The translations under genes and the position numbers were made by a program. The notes under the pieces are model-generated. The model saw only the letters and a program-made list of their open reading frames with translations, was not told where the DNA came from and searched no databases. A DNA stretch of 64,000 nt from Octopus sinensis (Eukaryota): positions 117,738,001 through 117,802,000 of the forward strand of contig NC_043000.1 in NCBI RefSeq assembly GCF_006345805.1, given 5' to 3'. Shown one piece after another: positions 12,178-25,135 of the stretch. How positions within the stretch are numbered: the stretch's first letter is position 1; each line of letters starts with the position of its first letter.

Positions 12178-12412
12178 TCTTATTTCTTTACTGCCCACAA
12201 GGGGCTACACACAGAAGGGATAAACAAGGGCAGACAAACGGATTAAGTCGATTATATCGACCCCAGTGCGTAACTGGTACTTATTTAATCGACCCCTAAA
12301 GGATGAAAGGCAATTTCGACCTCGGAGGAATTTGAACTCAGAACGTAACGGCAAACGAAATACGGCTACGTATTTCGCCCGGCGTGCTAACGTCTCTGCT
12401 AGCTCGCCACCT
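12178..12412 (-). mobile_element. tRNA-derived SINE family B
   Basis: gaccccagtgcgtaactggtacttatttaatcgaccc...ggcggaatttgaactcagaacgtaacg...cccggcgtgctaacg. Confidence 0.9.
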
Positions 12413-12469
12413 TCATTAAACGTTGGCATTACCTTTAGCAACAAGCGAGTTCTAAGCAATCAAGCAGCA

Positions 12470-12497
12470 CGAGAGAGAGATAGAGAGAGAGAGAGAG

Positions 12498-12537
<40 letters not shown>

Positions 12538-12545
12538 CGAGAGAG
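12470..12545. repeat. (GA)n microsatellite
   Basis: Direct inspection. Confidence 0.95.
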
Positions 12546-13004
12546 AAGAAAAAGAAAAAAAAAGAGAACCTGGGAAAGAAAAGAAGAGAAAGATGAGAGA
12601 GAATTATGTGTTGAGATAAAGAGCAAACACGTTTCTCATTAATGATTATCCCTGAAACGCCTCACTGTTGTTGCTGCTATACTTCCCAGTAGATTGAGGT
12701 CGACTTCACGTGTAAATGGTTTTGGTTTCTTCGCTGCTTACACAATTATTTCTGCTTATGAAATTAAGCTGTTAACGACTGGGCATCGATTGAACTGTTT
12801 AAATTTAACGCTCTTCTCGGGTCTATTTTACGTGATACAATGTTACAAGGCCGAATCTACGATTAAATAGTAGTATAACTACAACACGGATTTCCTGGAA
12901 CCTTTGTTCCCAAACCTTTTCGGATTTGATTTTTCCGAACCAGGTATAGTCACCTTGATCAACACATTATAAATTAAAGCATTAATAAATTTATAATTAA
13001 ATGA

Positions 13005-13390
13005 AACACAGTACGCCCGGCGTTGCTCGGGTTTGTTTCGACCCTTCAAATTGGAATGTTTGAAAAGTAAAATGTTGCATTATGTAGCTTGTTTATTCTC
13101 TTTAAGTGACATTTTTCTGGTTTGAAATACACCGAAAATGGCGACACAGCAGTAAAAAAATCGTAAAAATAGGGATTTCATAGAAAAAAAAAGCACTTTT
13201 TGATGTAATAATTTTGGTTGTTACCCTGGTCCGATTTGAATTTTTTTCATGTACGGAAGGAAAGCAAGCCTTCTATCATTACTCTCAATTTTGGTCAACT
13301 TGCGCCGCAGGGTCTCGGAAGGAATAGTGTTAGTTGAAGGCTACCAACCTGCCATACCAAAAAAAGCAACTTCAGCTTTATATATATGGA
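13005..13390 (+). mobile_element. Non-autonomous Helitron/Helentron-like (HINE/DINE-type) element
   Basis: 5' cagtacgcccggcgttgctcgggtttgt and 3' caacttcagctttatatata resemble the termini of this class; no coding capacity. Confidence 0.5.
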
Positions 13391-13417
13391 GAAATAGATA
13401 CTTGTACATTAGTATGG

Positions 13418-13574
13418 TGGAGGCGTAATGGCCCAGTGTTAGGGCAGCGGACTCGCGGTTTCGATTCCCAGACGGCGCTGGTGTGTTTTATTCAGCGAAA
13501 CACCTAAAGCTCCACGCGGTCCGTCAGGGGGTGGCGACGACCCCTGTTGTACTCTTTCGCCCAACTTTTCTCAC
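13418..13574 (+). mobile_element. tRNA(Arg)-like SINE family C, 5' part, truncated by the gap
   Basis: ggaggcgtaatggcccagtgttagggcagcggactcgcggtttcgattccc. Confidence 0.8.
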
Positions 13575-13674
13575 NNNNNNNNNNNNNNNNNNNNNNNNNN
13601 NNNNNNNNNNNNNNNNNNNNNNNNNNNNNNNNNNNNNNNNNNNNNNNNNNNNNNNNNNNNNNNNNNNNNNNNNN
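13575..13674. other. Assembly gap (100 N)
   Basis: Run of exactly 100 N. Confidence 1.
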
Positions 13675-13689
13675 ATCACCACCATCATC

Positions 13690-13721
<32 letters not shown>

Positions 13722-13816
13722 CATCACCACCACCATCACCATCATCATCACCATCATCATCATCATCACCACCACCACTACCACCATCACCATCATCATC
13801 ATCATCATCATCATCA
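13675..13816. repeat. (CAT/CAC)n microsatellite
   Basis: Direct inspection. Confidence 0.95.
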
Positions 13817-13829
13817 TAAAACCCTATAC

Positions 13830-14078
13830 ATTACTGTCCGAGTCCTAGAGCTCATAGGGGTGGTTACTCGGTTTGCTTGACTTCTAAGTAACCGAGATCA
13901 CGCTATTCTCCCCTGAACGGGGATGTCAGCCTGTCGTTTGCTTACTCATTTGCAAATGAGTGGACTAGACCAACGCGAAATTGTGTTTTGCTCAAGAATT
14001 CTACACACCTCGCAGGCAGGGAATCGAAACCGTGATCTTCCGATCGTACGTGCAACACTCTAACCACTTGGCCATCTT
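13830..14078 (-). mobile_element. SINE family D, diverged
   Basis: gagtggactagaccaacgcgaaattgtgttttgctcaagaa...gggaatcgaaacc...ctctaaccacttggcc. Confidence 0.7.
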
Positions 14079-14146
14079 GTTGGGGGTTGATAAAATAAAG
14101 TACCGGTACCGCACTGGAATAGATGACATCACTTTATCCCATATTG

Positions 14147-14293
14147 GCGTAGGAGTGGCTGTGTGGTAAGTAGCTTGCTTACGAACCACATGGTTCCGGG
14201 TTCAGTCCCACTGCATGGCACCTTAAGCAAGAGTCTTCTACTATAGCCTCGGGCCGACCAAAACCTTGTGAGTGGATTTGGTAGACGGAAACA
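14147..14293 (+). mobile_element. SINE family A, 5' half
   Basis: ggcgtaggagtggctgtgtggtaagtagcttgc...ggtagacggaaac. Confidence 0.9.
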
Positions 14294-14967
14294 GTGTAAG
14301 ATGTTAAAAAACTGTTAACTATCTCACAGAAAATTGAAATTAGTTTTCTGATTGGACAGTGTACTAGAAAAATCTTCAGTAATAAAAGAAACTTACTAAC
14401 CTTATTCGGATAAAAAATAAGACATCAAAATTAGAATTTTTAAGATTTTTATAGACAGTGCAGATTTTAATGTGTTTTCTTTTATCAGAAGTTATATATT
14501 CATAACTAATTAATAAGCAGCTTTCTTTATTATAGTACCATTTGAGCACTAGGATCGATGTAAACGACTAGATCCTACCCCAAAATTTCAGGCCTTGTGC
14601 CTATAGTAGAAACTATGTTTACATGTATGCTGTATATCCGCCATGATTCTATTTGTATTGTTGTCTTCGCTAGAGTGCAGTGAAGTGTTGCGTATTGTCT
14701 GTGCCAGCCAGCTTTCACAAATACTAAGTAAATACGTGGTGAATCCTTGTCAACAATACAACAATTAACGTACAACTGGAAATACAGTGTTCGCGAGAAA
14801 ACTTGATTTCCCCACCCTTTTAATCACAGATATAGATAAAAATATATCAGCTGACCTTCTGCTGCAAAAATATCCTATAAGTCTATAGGGAATAAAATAT
14901 TAGTACGGGTATTCACATACACACAAAGACACGCACACACGCACACATATATAATTCTCAAACATAT

Positions 14968-15385
14968 TGGCGTAGGAGTGGTTGTGTGGTAAGTAGCTTG
15001 CTAACGAACCACATGGTTCCGGGTTCAGTCCCACTGCGTGGCACTTTGGGCAAGTGTCTTCTACTATAGCCTCGGACCGACCAAGGCCTTGTGAGTGGAT
15101 TTGGTAGACGGAAACTGAAAGAAGCCCGTCGTATATATGTATATATATATATATTTGTGTGTGTGTGTGTGTGTGTTGTGTGTCTGTTATTGTCCCCCCA
15201 ACATCGCTTGACAACCGATGCTGGTGTGCTTATGTCCCCGTAACTTAGCGGTTCGGCAAAAGAGACCGATAGAATAAGTACTAGGCTTAGAAAGAATAAG
15301 TCCTGGTGTAGATTTGCTCGACTAAAGGCGGTGCTCCAGCGAGGCCACAGTCAAATGACTGAAACAAGTAAAATAAAAAATAATA
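14968..15385 (+). mobile_element. SINE family A, full length
   Basis: Head ggcgtaggagtggttgtgtggtaag; tail gtcaaatgactgaaacaagtaaaa. Confidence 0.9.
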
Positions 15386-15773
15386 AAATAAAATAAAATA
15401 ACGATACGCATGCTTATTCTCACATGTGCATTGATACGCTAAGCATACACACACACACATAATCTACGAACTCCATATAGAGATATCCTTTGTAGAACTC
15501 ATACAATTTATTCACTAAAACACATCACCGTATAACCAAAAGCTATTGTTAAAGATTTCTAAACCTAAATAGTATTTCTATGAAGTATTCACATAATTCT
15601 TTACAACTGGAGAGAAAATGCGTCCAAGCGGTTCTAAAACTGATAATGACTTCAATAATTGTTGGAAACCGCAATAGTTCTGTTGCTGGGTGTGTTCCAT
15701 CGTTGAATTTTAGTTTAATTAAATCTATTTTTATACATCAGCGTTTATATATATATATACATACGTACGTATG

Positions 15774-15807
<34 letters not shown>

Positions 15808-16225
15808 TGTATGTATGTATGTATTATGTATGTATGTATGTATGTACCTACGTATGTATGTATATATGTATGTATGTATGTATGTATGCATGTATGTACG
15901 TATGTATGTATGTATGTCATTGTTCAGAAAGAGTCGGTTTCTAACCTAGATCCAAGGCTCCTTCATGGGAAATTCAACATCAACAACAGGGTGTATGTAT
16001 GTCATTATTCAGTTTATTTAAAGATTTCTTGCCAATAGAGAAAGAGCCGGAGGGAACAAGCTAAGAATATACAGCTCAGCTGTTTTATCACTGGAGACAA
16101 ATCATCTGTGAGGTTGCTCAACAAAGAATTGCTCAATCCTCATCTTCGTTCACGACGAGGTCCACGATGGATGTTTTAGGAGCAGCAACAGTATTATCTG
16201 TCGTAGTAGTGTTACAGGTAGTAGG

Positions 16226-16605
16226 AGGAGGCGCAATGGCCCAGTGGTTAGGGCAGCAGACTCGCGGTCATAGGATCGCGGTTTCGATTCCCAGACCGGG
16301 CGTTGTGAGTGTTTATTGAGCGAAAAACACCTAAAGCTCCACGAAGTTCCGGCAGGGGTGGTGGTGATCCCTGCTGTACTCTTTCACCACAACTTCTTTC
16401 ACTTCTTACTTCCTGTTTCTGTTGTACCTGTATTCAAAGGGCCGGCCTTGTCACTCTCTGTGTCACGCTGAATATCCCCGAGAACTACATGAAGGGTACA
16501 CGTATCTGTGGAGCGCTCAGCCACTTACACGTTAATTTCACGAGCAGGCTGTTCCGTTGATTCGGATCAACCGGAACCCGCGTCGTCGTAACCGACGGAT
16601 TGCTT
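16226..16605 (+). mobile_element. SINE family C, full length (tRNA-Arg-like head; probably one of the described octopus OR-type SINEs, not verified)
   Basis: ggaggcgcaatggcccagtggttagggcagcagactcgcggtc...ggtttcgattcc...aatttcacgagcaggctgttccgttga. Confidence 0.85.
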
Positions 16606-17054
16606 CCCTACAGGTAGTAGGAATATTAGTAGTGATGGTGGTGGTGGTGGTGGTGGCGATGGTAGTAGTAGTAGTAGTATTAGTAGTAGTAGTAATAGTA
16701 GTAGTAGTAGCAGCAGCAGCAGCAGCTATTTTTGTTTAATCCAAAGACATCCCTAATCAAGCAATCCTATAATCAAAAACATACCAGTCGTGGCCATCAT
16801 GTCATTTTTTTCCCCCACACATTATCCAGACTGTTTTTGTTTGGGATTTAACATAAAAAAGGTATAAATTTAGGAAGATTTGATTGCTGTTTCTAGCAAG
16901 GAAGAAAAAGTTAGACAGCCATCATCGGAATTCGAACAACGCATCTACCGTATCCCGGGCGGTCGAAATATCATGACATCAAAGCGACACTCCGATTTAC
17001 AACCACCCAAATTAGAGTCTTAAGTTTTACAAGCGATAAAGGAGGATTTTATCT

Positions 17055-17235
17055 TTTACTGATTTCATGGAATAGACTGTGGTCATGCTGGAGTACCGCC
17101 TTGAAGGGGTTTAATCGGACAAATAGACTCCAGGACTTATTTTTTAAAGCCTGGTAGTATTTTGTCGATTTTGTCCTTACCCGAGCCGCTATGTTACAAA
17201 GGCGTAAACAAACAAACACCGGTTTGCAAGTGGTA
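17055..17235 (-). mobile_element. SINE family A, 3' half, diverged
   Basis: gactgtggtcatgctggagtaccgcc...acaaacaccggtttgcaagtgg. Confidence 0.7.
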
Positions 17236-17316
17236 AAAGATAAACACACACACACACACTCACACACTCACACACACACACACACACTCACACACACACA
17301 CACACACAAACACTCA

Positions 17317-17359
<43 letters not shown>

Positions 17360-17706
17360 GGCATCCAAGCTGTGTTCCAAATTTACATACAAGGCATTCG
17401 TCGCCCCTACTTGCTTATCCACCCACATCATCCTGCTTGCATGAGACCTAATTCCTTATATCATGACGGTATTGCCTGATCCTTATCTAAGGGACATAAA
17501 TCTAACGACCAAAAAAAAAAAATCTCGCTTCTAGGCTCCTCCCGGTCGTTATATATCCATTCCGATTATCTACAAAACCCATAAACTGGAGGTGATTCTT
17601 CCCAGTCTCCAGTGGCAAAGAAGCTGTCGCCATACACTTCCTAACAATTCTTCTAACGAACGTTGACATTGGTTTCCTCCAAAAGTGCTTTGTATGAAAC
17701 CAATTG

Positions 17707-17765
<59 letters not shown>

Positions 17766-17849
17766 CATACTACAATATATATATATTATATTATTATACA
17801 TATTATATATATATACATTTAATATATATATATATATATATATATAATG

Positions 17850-17895
<46 letters not shown>

Positions 17896-17951
17896 ATAGA
17901 AATATTAAAATAACTAAGTCTCTCTAAAAGAGAACGCGGCAGCGTTCCCGG

Positions 17952-18346
17952 AAAATAATAGTATCGCCATACTAATATGGCTTCTTAAAAAATAAGAAAA
18001 AAGCTGTCCGCTTATTAGCTCCATTGAGGACATCGCCTTAAGTTAGCTATTTGATACACAAACTGTATCCATATACCTAGGTAAATAAAACCATCGAACA
18101 GAGTTGTCGGAAGCGACACCTACTGGCTGGCTACGCTGCATTGAAAAGGGGCAATACCCCGAAACGCGTCTGTAGCTGCCGGTCAAGTAGTGTGGAGCGA
18201 CTGACCTCCCTTGTTCGAAGGTTATATGGATACAGTTTGTGTATCAAATAGCTAACTTAAGGCGATGGCCTCAGGGAGCTAATAAGCGGACAGCTTTTTC
18301 TTATTTTATAAGAATGCCATATTAGTATGGCGATAACTATTATTTT
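17952..18346. repeat. Fold-back with ~127-bp arms enclosing a hammerhead motif, within TA tracts
   Basis: 17952-18078 is the reverse complement of 18219-18346 with few mismatches; 140-nt spacer. Confidence 0.85.
18135..18176 (+). ncRNA. Degenerate minimal type-I hammerhead motif
   Basis: gctgca TTGAAAA gggg-caata-cccc GAA ACGCGT C tgtagc: stems I, II, III and GUC site intact, core has C3U and G8A changes. Confidence 0.6.
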
Positions 18347-18374
18347 ATATGTATGTATATATGATATATATATT

Positions 18375-18418
<44 letters not shown>

Positions 18419-19294
18419 AATATATATATAATGAATACATATATGCATATAAATATGTATATATAGTATAATTCCTTACTCCTTTAAAATGTTTCAGCCC
18501 GAAAGCTGTGGCCATGGCTGGGGCACACCTTGACTGTGCTACACTAGTATGGGAAACCACCTCTGATACGTGTAACTTGGTCAACAAGGGAGTTCGAGGC
18601 CGCTGCCCGCATCTGTGTTCCTGTGTATGTACATATTTGTATATGTATATATGTATATATATATTATATATATATATTATTATATATATATATATATATT
18701 AGATATAGATATATATATATATATATTTATAAGTTTATGTATGTTGTGTGTGTGTGTGTAGATATATGTATGTACATATATATATGTATGTATATGTATA
18801 TATATATATATATATATGTGTGTATACGCATGTATGTATAATACATGTATATCTATGTATATATGTTCATACATATAAAAGCATGCATCTATCTATATAT
18901 ATAGATACGCGTGTGAACATATATCTGTGTATATATGTGTGGTTTTTTTGTATATACAAATAAATTTTAAAACTTACAGATATTCGTATATATATATTTG
19001 ATATGTATATATGAAACTTGGCAATTTTTTTTTTTTTTAAAGAAAAAAAATATTCTCCTATCGGTTATTGACCGCTTATAAATGTTATAACGGTTGATCG
19101 CTTCAAGCACGGAAAAGAGGTCCTTAAGCCACATTCGGTTTGAGTTTCAGTTCTATGAAAATATTTCCTTCTCCTTCATGTAATAACTTGTTCATTGTTT
19201 ATCTGTTTCTTTATTTTTATCATGTGTTTATTTACAATTATACGTATCCAGTTGCATGTGCGTAAACACACACATACACACCCACCCACACACT

Positions 19295-19370
<76 letters not shown>

Positions 19371-19797
19371 TATATGCACGTATGCATATTATGCGTATAA
19401 ATAAGTATACGCATTCATACATGGATATATATGTGTAGATATGCATACATAAGTACGTACGTACGTAAATATATACTCACATGAATAATATACACGCATA
19501 TATATATATATATATAAATTTATATATATAATTATATATATATATACACATATATATACATATGTTCATATATATATATAGATGAAGATATGTATAAATG
19601 CATGTATGAATGTATGTATGCATGCATGTGTGTGTATGTATGGATATGTGCGTCATGTGCGTGCGTGTGTGTGTGAGTGTGTGCGCGCGCGTTTGTAAAT
19701 ATGATCCCTGTTGCCGGTTTTCCAGTTTTGATAGGTTTCAGAATGTTGTCGCCTGAAAAACTTTATCCATCAAGAAGCTAAGTGACGTGTACACACT

Positions 19798-19840
<43 letters not shown>

Positions 19841-19949
19841 GCACAACACACATACACACACACACATGCATACACACATGCATACACACCCCCACACACG
19901 CGCGCACACACTCACATACTTGCACACACGCACACACAAACACATATAT

Positions 19950-20111
19950 AGGTGCAGACGTGGTTGTGTGGTAAAATGCTCGCTCCTTATCAATGTGGTT
20001 CCAGGTTCAGTCCTTCTGCGTGGTACCTTCGGCAAGCGTCTTTTCTCTAGCCTCGGGCCGACCAAAGCCTTGTCAGTGGATTTAGTTGACGGAAACTGAA
20101 AGAAGCCCATC

Positions 20112-20149
<38 letters not shown>

Positions 20150-20235
20150 AATCCAAACGGGAAACACAAACAACAACAATGGAACAATTACAGTATTATT
20201 ATTAATAGGCGCTCAGGATGGAAGCAGGGAGGTAT

Positions 20236-20268
<33 letters not shown>

Positions 20269-20277
20269 TATATTAAG

Positions 20278-20310
<33 letters not shown>

Positions 20311-20570
20311 TATATGTGCATGTGTGTGTGTGCGTGCTACGCGAGCAAGTCTTTGTGTCTGTGTTTGTCCGTGAGCACCGCTTGACATTGACGTTGCTCT
20401 GTTTACGTTCCTGTAACTAGCGGTCTGGCCTTAAAGCCTGACAGAATAAGTGTCACCCTTAAGATAAAAATAATATGCGCTACGGAAGGGGGCTCGATTC
20501 ATTGGACTAAAAATCTTCAACGCGGTGCCCCAGAATTATCGCAGTCAATCAGTGAGTCAAGGAAAAGATA
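19950..20570 (+). mobile_element. SINE family A split by microsatellite and extra sequence
   Basis: Head 19950-20115 (gtggttgtgtggtaaaatgctcg...gaagcccatcg); diverged tail 20330-20570. Confidence 0.7.
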
Positions 20571-20699
20571 TACTTATACATACTACACACACACATACAT
20601 ACATACATACATACATACATACATACATACATACATACTACATCATATTATATAATATATAATAGAGTATATATATATAATATATATATATATGTGTGT

Positions 20700-21570
20700 G
20701 CAAGTCAGTAAATAGTGGGGTTGTGTTAACCGCACGTGGGAAATGATAGGCGAGGAAAACATTATAATAAGGCAGAATGCTAATTGAAAGTAAATTTTAA
20801 TAAATGGGTGTTTGGAAAATTAAAAAAGAAGAAAAAATAATAAATCAAACCACCTTTTAGGACAAGGCAAATTTTCAAGATTTGGAAGGGAAAAATTTGT
20901 TTTTAATTGAGGAAGGGGAAAAAAGAAATTTACAATGTTTTTTTCAAAAAAATAATAATACATATATACAAAAATTAATAAATAAGTATACCAATACATT
21001 TTAGAGTCTTTATGCTTTTAGAATTCAATAATAGTCCTTGGAAAAACTTCTTTGGAGGATTAGGATGCATGTGTTCAAGTGTAGAGTATATTTTGAAAGA
21101 GTGGGTGATTGTGTGTCAAAACAGCAAATGGGGTAGGAGGTATCCAGTTCCTGTGAGTAAGGGGAGACAATTATGTGGATTTTATGCTCTTTAATTGGAA
21201 TGGTGGATTTTTTGTCAAACAGGATGCCTATATCAATTTTTTGTCAGATAGGATGCTAGAAAAAGGAGTCTGGTCACCGTGGTGTTTGCATATTAAGACG
21301 CGTTTGGAATTTTTCAATAAAAGTATTCTCCTTGTTGATTCTTTCTTGTGTAGAGATTCTGTCTTTACATTGGTAGAAAGGGAATATGTGAAATTTGGGA
21401 TTTTTATCTCTAGCGCAAGAGTCTATGTGGCTACTGAGTGGAATTCGACGGTATTGTGGGAGATTTATCTGTTCTTTATGGACTGCTATTCTTCTGCGTA
21501 AAGGAAGGCTCGTTTGTCCAACATAATTGTGTTGGCAACCGGCGCATGTGAGAACGTAGATGAGGTTTTA
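20700..21570 (-). mobile_element. 5'-truncated Penelope-like element (GIY-YIG domain plus 3' region)
   Basis: Endonuclease frame at 21274-21567, followed on the minus strand by non-coding AT-rich sequence ending at a microsatellite; the 3' boundary is approximate. Confidence 0.75.
21274..21567 (-). pseudogene. Penelope-type GIY-YIG endonuclease domain (C-terminus of the PLE ORF, no start codon)
   Basis: Manual translation: NLIYVLTCAGCQHNYVGQTSLPLRRRIAVHKEQINLPQYRRIPLSSHIDSCARDKNPKFHIFPFYQCKDRISTQERINKENTFIEKFQTRLNMQTPR*. Contains IY..CxxC..YVG, the conserved R, E and N residues, and a CCHH pattern. Confidence 0.88.
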
Positions 21571-21664
21571 GGGTAAAAAAATTAAGTGCCGTTCCGTAAC
21601 TGGGGTCGATCTAATCGATTGGCACCCTCCCCAAAATTTCCAGCCTTGTGCCAACAGTAGAAAA

Positions 21665-21706
<42 letters not shown>

Positions 21707-21889
21707 TATATATATATATATATAGATAGTTATATATATAATATGTGTGTGTGTGTGGTGTGCGCACGCGCGACAGGAGTCCACATAGTCTTAATCTAAC
21801 AAATTCACTCTTAAGCTGTTATTCTATTCAGGACAATGATGCAAGAGGAAGGTTCAATAGGGTGGAAGTTAAGTCGAAATCATATGCTT

Positions 21890-22285
21890 TCGAACCGAAC
21901 TGCTTAGCACTCCGTCGGTTACGACGACGAGGCTTCTAGTTGATCCGATCAATAGAACAGCCTGCTCGTGAAATTAACGTGCAAGTGCCTGAGCACTACA
22001 CCAACACGTGTACCCTTTAACGTAGTTCTCTGGAAGACTCTGCGTAACACAGAGTATGACAAGGCCGGATCTTTGAAATACATGTATAACAGAAACAGGA
22101 AGAAAGAATGAAAGAAAGTTGCAGTGAAAGAATACAGCGGGGTTCGCTACCACCCCCTGCCTGAGTCTCGTGGAGCTTTAGGTATTTTTGCTCAATAAAC
22201 ACTCGCAATGCCCGGCTGGGAATCGAAACCGCGATCCTATGACCGCGAGTCCGCTTCCCTAAGCACTGGGCCATTGCGCTTCCAC
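21890..22285 (-). mobile_element. SINE family C, full length
   Basis: Reverse complement of the 16226-16605 family: ...gaccgcgagtccgcttccctaagcactgggccattgcgcttcc. Confidence 0.85.
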
Positions 22286-22631
22286 GCTTAACCATATAGC
22301 CATGTTGAAACATCATATTATTAAAAAAATAATTTAGATTAAAATAGAAAGGTGACTGTACAAATAGTTATGTGTAACCCAGACATCAAGATAAGCTTCC
22401 CAGTGTTTCGAGTGGATTATTTTTCGTATGAATTCTGACAAAGTTTTTTTTTTACGCCGAAATGTAATTTAGTGGATTATAGGAAATTTCCTATGGTTTT
22501 CTATTTTACTTAACTACCGACGTATTTAGTTACCTACATACATATGTGCATGTGTTTATATGTATGTATGGATATATATATAAATGTGTGCGTGAGCCAA
22601 TAAGTGTATATGAATATATAATAAATAATAT

Positions 22632-22786
<155 letters not shown>

Positions 22787-22899
22787 ATGTATGAATATAT
22801 GTTAATGTATGTATGTATGTATGTATGTATGTATGTATGTGTATATGTATATATATATATATGTATGCACGTATGTATTGCTGTATTCTTGTATGCATG

Positions 22900-23620
22900 T
22901 TAGGTTGTTCCGAAAACAATGGCCGCTCTAAGTGTTGTATTTTGAAACGCGACTTTATCATAGTATTTTAATTATATTTTAGGTGAATTTCGACATACTT
23001 AATGATTGATTTATGCTCTTTAATAATGCTCTTTAATAAAAATCTATTTATTTCAGACAGGAAACATTCTTGAAGCATATGCGCCATTAATTATGAACAT
23101 GACAAAAAAAAAAAGAACCTTCGCTTCCTTTCCTTGCATGATTTCAAGCTTGGGCACAGTGCCTCCCCAAACTCCGGCCAATATGAAAAGACAAGTGATC
23201 GCACAGTACAAAGATGGTTTCAGAAATTACGTAGTGGTGATGAGGGCTTTGAAGATGAAGAAGGTAGAGAACAGTAATGCAGTTTTGACAGTGAACAATT
23301 GAAAGCAATTGTTGAACAAAACCATCATCAAAGTCTCAGAGAAATGTCTGAGGTACTCGGTGTCGGTATTGCAACGGTCTCACACAATCTGCAGAAGATT
23401 GGTAAGGTGAAAAAGCTCGATAAATGGATATTGCATAAGCTCAATGAAAATCAAAGTTCGGCGTTTTGAAGTGTGCTCGATGCTCTTTCTGCGAAGCACC
23501 AATGGGACGAAAAGTGGATCCTTTATGATAACCAAAACATAATCGAAACATTTCTATTGTTAATTTTTCAAGAATAGAAATATGTTTCTGGAATCGGCCA
23601 TTATTTTCGGAACAACCTTA
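22900..23620 (+). mobile_element. Internally deleted mariner transposon
   Basis: TIRs ttaggttgttccgaaaacaatggccg / cggccattattttcggaacaacctta. Decayed transposase: RTVQRWFQKLRSGD, QLKAIVEQN, KVKKLDKW, DEKWILYDN. Confidence 0.85.
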
Positions 23621-23790
23621 TATATATGTGTGTGTTTGTGTGTGTGTGTGTTGTGTACGTGTGTGTGTGTGTATGTGTGTGTGTGAGTGTGTGTGTGTAG
23701 TGAGAATTTGCAAAAAAAAAACAGAAGACGAAGATTGGTGTGTAAACAACAAACAGATGTATCATTTTAACGCTCGGGAAGTGAAAAAGT

Positions 23791-23826
23791 CTTTTACGTT
23801 TCGAGCCTACGCTCTTCGACAGAAAG
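23791..23826 (-). ncRNA. Minimal hammerhead-like motif with atypical core (same family as 11575)
   Basis: Minus: cttt CTGTCGA a gagc-gtag-gctc GAA ACGT A aaag. Confidence 0.55.
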
Positions 23827-24344
23827 GAATACAGAAATAAACAGGGAGAGAAAACAGAAGAGAGTTTAGTGGCTAGCGATCTATGATGGCGAATGCCGGA
23901 CAGAGGGGTCACACAGGAGAGCTAGGAAGAAGGGGAGATAATGTATGTCTATATGTATGCATGTACGTATGTTTGAATGTGTGTATGTATGTATGCTCAT
24001 ATCATTCTATCTTCATATAAATGTATACTTGCCTAAAAACTGTCCTTCGGTGAGTTTGGCTTCGGTAGAGGACTGCTAGTCCTTCGCCTTAAAGTAAGAT
24101 CGCAAAATTGAAGATTCAATGGAAATGGAAAAAGAGGCAAGACATAACGTAAATAATTGTTTATTTGCACAAAGGCCATATTCTGCGGCCTTAGTACCAT
24201 CGACTTCTAGTGCTTTGTCTTGTTTATAACTTCCCTCATTGTCGTCGAGTCAAAACTTCACTGCATGTTTTCAAATTTGCCACTGGAATCCGAAGATTAT
24301 TGATATTTTGTTTTTTTATCTTTTAATATATTGTTTTTCCTTAA

Positions 24345-25135
24345 TTAGGAAAGCTGGCAAAATCGTTCGTACTCCAGAAAAAATGCTTATCGGCATTTCA
24401 TCCGTCTTTACGTTCTGGGTACAAATTCCGCTGCAGTCGACTTTCGGAGTTGATAAAATTAGTACCAGTTGAGCACTGGGGGAAGTGGGGGGGATCATTG
24501 TAAACGACTTACCCCCCTCCCCGAAATTGCTGGCCTTGTGCCATGATTTGAAACCAATATTTAATTTATTCTTTTCTGCTCTACGCAGAAGGTCCGAAAT
24601 TTTTTGGGGATGGGTCCAGTCGATTAGATCGACCCAGTACGCAACTGGTACTTAATTTATCGACCCCAAAAGGATGAAAGGCAAAGTCGACCTCGGCGGA
24701 ATTTGAACTCACAGCGTAAAGACATGAAATACCGTTTAACATTTCGTCTGGCTTGCTAACATTTCTGCCAGCTCGTCATCTTGAATTTTTAATTTATTAT
24801 TTCTTTTAAGGCAACGAGTTGGCAGAATCATTACTGCTGCGCCGGACAAAATGCTTAGAGGCATTTCTTCCGATTTCACTTTCTGAGTTCAAATTCCGCT
24901 GAGTTCGACTTCGTCTTTCATCCTTTCGAGGTGCATAAAATAAGTACCATTTGAGTACTCGGGTCGATGTAATCGAGTAACCTTATTTCTCACGAAATTG
25001 CAGAGCTTACAAGGAGGCTTTGGTCGATCTGAGGTTATAGTAGAAGACACTGGCCCAAAGCACCACGCAGTGGGATTGAACCCGTAACCATGTAATTGGG
25101 AAGCAGACTTTTTACCACACAGCTACGCCAGTGCT
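24345..25135. mobile_element. Cluster of SINE B copies (+ 24345-24480, - 24570-24790, + 24805-25010) and a SINE A head (- 25000-25135)
   Basis: Repeated caaattccgc..gagttcgactt / aaagtcgacctcggcggaatttgaactc motifs. Confidence 0.8.

Noticed and set aside
21175-21501. Plus-strand 108-aa ORF MDFMLFNW...
   Set aside because: It is the antisense shadow of the GIY-YIG frame.
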